DNA of 63,396 bases, the filler included, from Craspedostauros australis (taxonomy: Eukaryota), in NCBI GenBank assembly GCA_030167865.1. It is 15 parts of 15 records of this genome, joined end to end, with 100 filler letters (N's around TTAATTAATTAA, not from the genome) between each part and the next. Parts side by side here need not be neighbours in the genome. Positions count along the whole stretch, not along the records: positions 61,769 to 63,396 come from JALAGF010000810.1; 14 more parts are not named here. One strand, given 5' to 3'. The translations under genes were made by a program, and so were the position numbers. The notes under the pieces were generated by a model. The model did no database searches, was not told where the DNA came from, and saw only the letters and a program-made list of their open reading frames with translations. Positions 61,769 to 63,396 of the stretch are shown here, one piece after another (the stretch's first letter is position 1; every line of letters begins with the position of its first letter).

Positions 61769-63396
61769 GACGCGAGATCCAACTTCCATGCCGACATCGG
61801 GGCCTACATCTGCATCAACTACCACCTCGTTTGCATTTGATTCCAGCATCTCTGTGGCCCGCAAGCCAGATGTTGTGCCAGAATGCTTTCCGCTGGATGC
61901 ATTCGACCCAAATGCCATCATCTGCAATCCATCCAAGACTTCGTGCCGCAAGGCTGTCACTGGTATTCGAAGCACACCGGAATTGCAGATTTACTTCGCA
62001 TGCGCTGGTATCTTGGCCAAGGGGGATGCACGCAAGCTATTCAATTGATATGCGTCCAACCCCATACTTGCTGAGGAGCTGACACTGTTGTCCGCCGCTG
62101 GCACCACTGTGTTCGCAGCTCTGGGTGGCGATGACATCTACTATGTGTGCCAGAACGCTGGGGATCCATGCTGCGCAGAGGATTGTGACTGTACCAGTTC
62201 CGACTATTACAGTTTCATGACCATTGCCACCACTGCCTGCATTGGGTCTGGATCTTGCGACAGGATGGGACTAAACACATTGGTCCTGGATTCATCCTGT
62301 ACCAGCAAAGGGGCATGCGCCAGCGTGAACTCTCTTTATGTTTCCGATTGCTATGGTCCTCACCGAACGTACGGTGTCACCTTCATTGGTCAACTGGCCT
62401 GCACTGATTCTCTTTCCTGCACCGTCGCTGGTGAATATCCCTACAGAGACGCCATCACACAAAGCGGCGCCTGCGTTGGACCCTACGCCCGTGCGGGCAT
62501 TGGCTTCTGCATTGAACAGAACCGGGCCAGCCACTCCCGGAGCCACATCAGAATTGGGTCCAACGCATGCCTTGGTGATCATGCATACGGCGGAGCACAT
62601 GCGAGCGGTTACTACGACTGCACATGCACATCGTTGCCATCACCTGCGAAGATTCAGGGCAGCTTGATCATCGGCGACAATGCCTGCGCCGCAGCCTACG
62701 CTTGCGCAGGATTGGGATTCGGTGACTCAATGACGACTGACATCATTGTGCCAGAATATGGCTGTGACAGCGGCGGCGCGTGCTACGAATGCATGACAAA
62801 AACCAACTGCGGCAGCGACGAAGTCTTCATTATCTACGATGCTGCTGTCACCTGCCCCAAAGACGTGGATGGTTATGTAAGGGTCGAAAGGGTCGATCAA
62901 TTCTGCATCAACAATGATCAACGCCCAACAGATTGCCCGACTTTCGCCCCCTACTCCGCTGGCAAGCGATACCCCAACAATGATTCCGACAGAGCAGCCA
63001 TCCGATCTGCCAACTTTTGTTCCAACAAACTCCCCGACCATCAACAACACCACCCTGCAGACCCTTTGCTTGAATGAGGCTGGGGAGGTTGCTGCAGGCT
63101 TCACCTCCAGACCAGTCATCCTCTGTGATGACGATGTGGGCACATGCACACAATTCGTCAACGACATCGAGTCTCTCCCAACAAACAAGGACAGGTTTGT
63201 GAAAAGCATCTTCGGATGCGATGACGACCAAGGCAGCCAGGCGTCGCAGCAACAGGCGCAGGTACGATTCGATCACATCAAGAATGACCCCCAAGCAATC
63301 GTAGCCATCCTCACTGCTCTCGAAGGTGATGGCATCCTTCTCACTGCGAACGCCGCAAGCCTATCCATGAGATGCGGTGCTGTGGGCGGGGCCTGC
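61769..63396 (+). pseudogene. Continuation of the Cys-rich extracellular protein gene with in-frame TGA and frameshift
   Basis: ORFs 61788 and 62088 share a frame split by TGA 62046-62048; ACxG/SC repeats; second PT linker shifts frame near 62960. Confidence 0.65.

Noticed and set aside
62046..62048. In-frame TGA in a Cys-rich ORF as selenocysteine
   Set aside because: The same gene also has frameshifts; not in a redox motif; no SECIS identified

Overview
Eukaryotic, most likely diatom, draft sequence (DUF6824-type gene, CoDi-type Copia, Ambal-type LINEs). Contigs are joined by artificial N-TTAATTAATTAA-N linkers, so adjacency across gaps is not guaranteed. Host genes: a spliced DUF6824 gene, a partial BTB/POZ gene, an SLC43/LAT3-like MFS transporter divergent from a dynamin/Mx-like GTPase, and a decayed Cys-rich secreted-protein gene. 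The rest is a dense cluster of nested mobile elements: Copia, two Ambal LINEs, Harbinger-like, Sola3-like and piggyBac elements, several LTR-like families and two tandem arrays. Top candidate: an open, two-intron gene (minus strand, 58059 to <54248, at least 1160 aa) for a divergent piggyBac-like transposase with a YqaJ/lambda-exonuclease domain between its 2nd and 3rd catalytic Asp. Second: a three-copy non-coding insertion family with AGTT...AACT ends, a 5-bp TSD and a conserved stem-loop, found only inside other transposons. Family assignments come from motif recognition by eye; no database searches were run.
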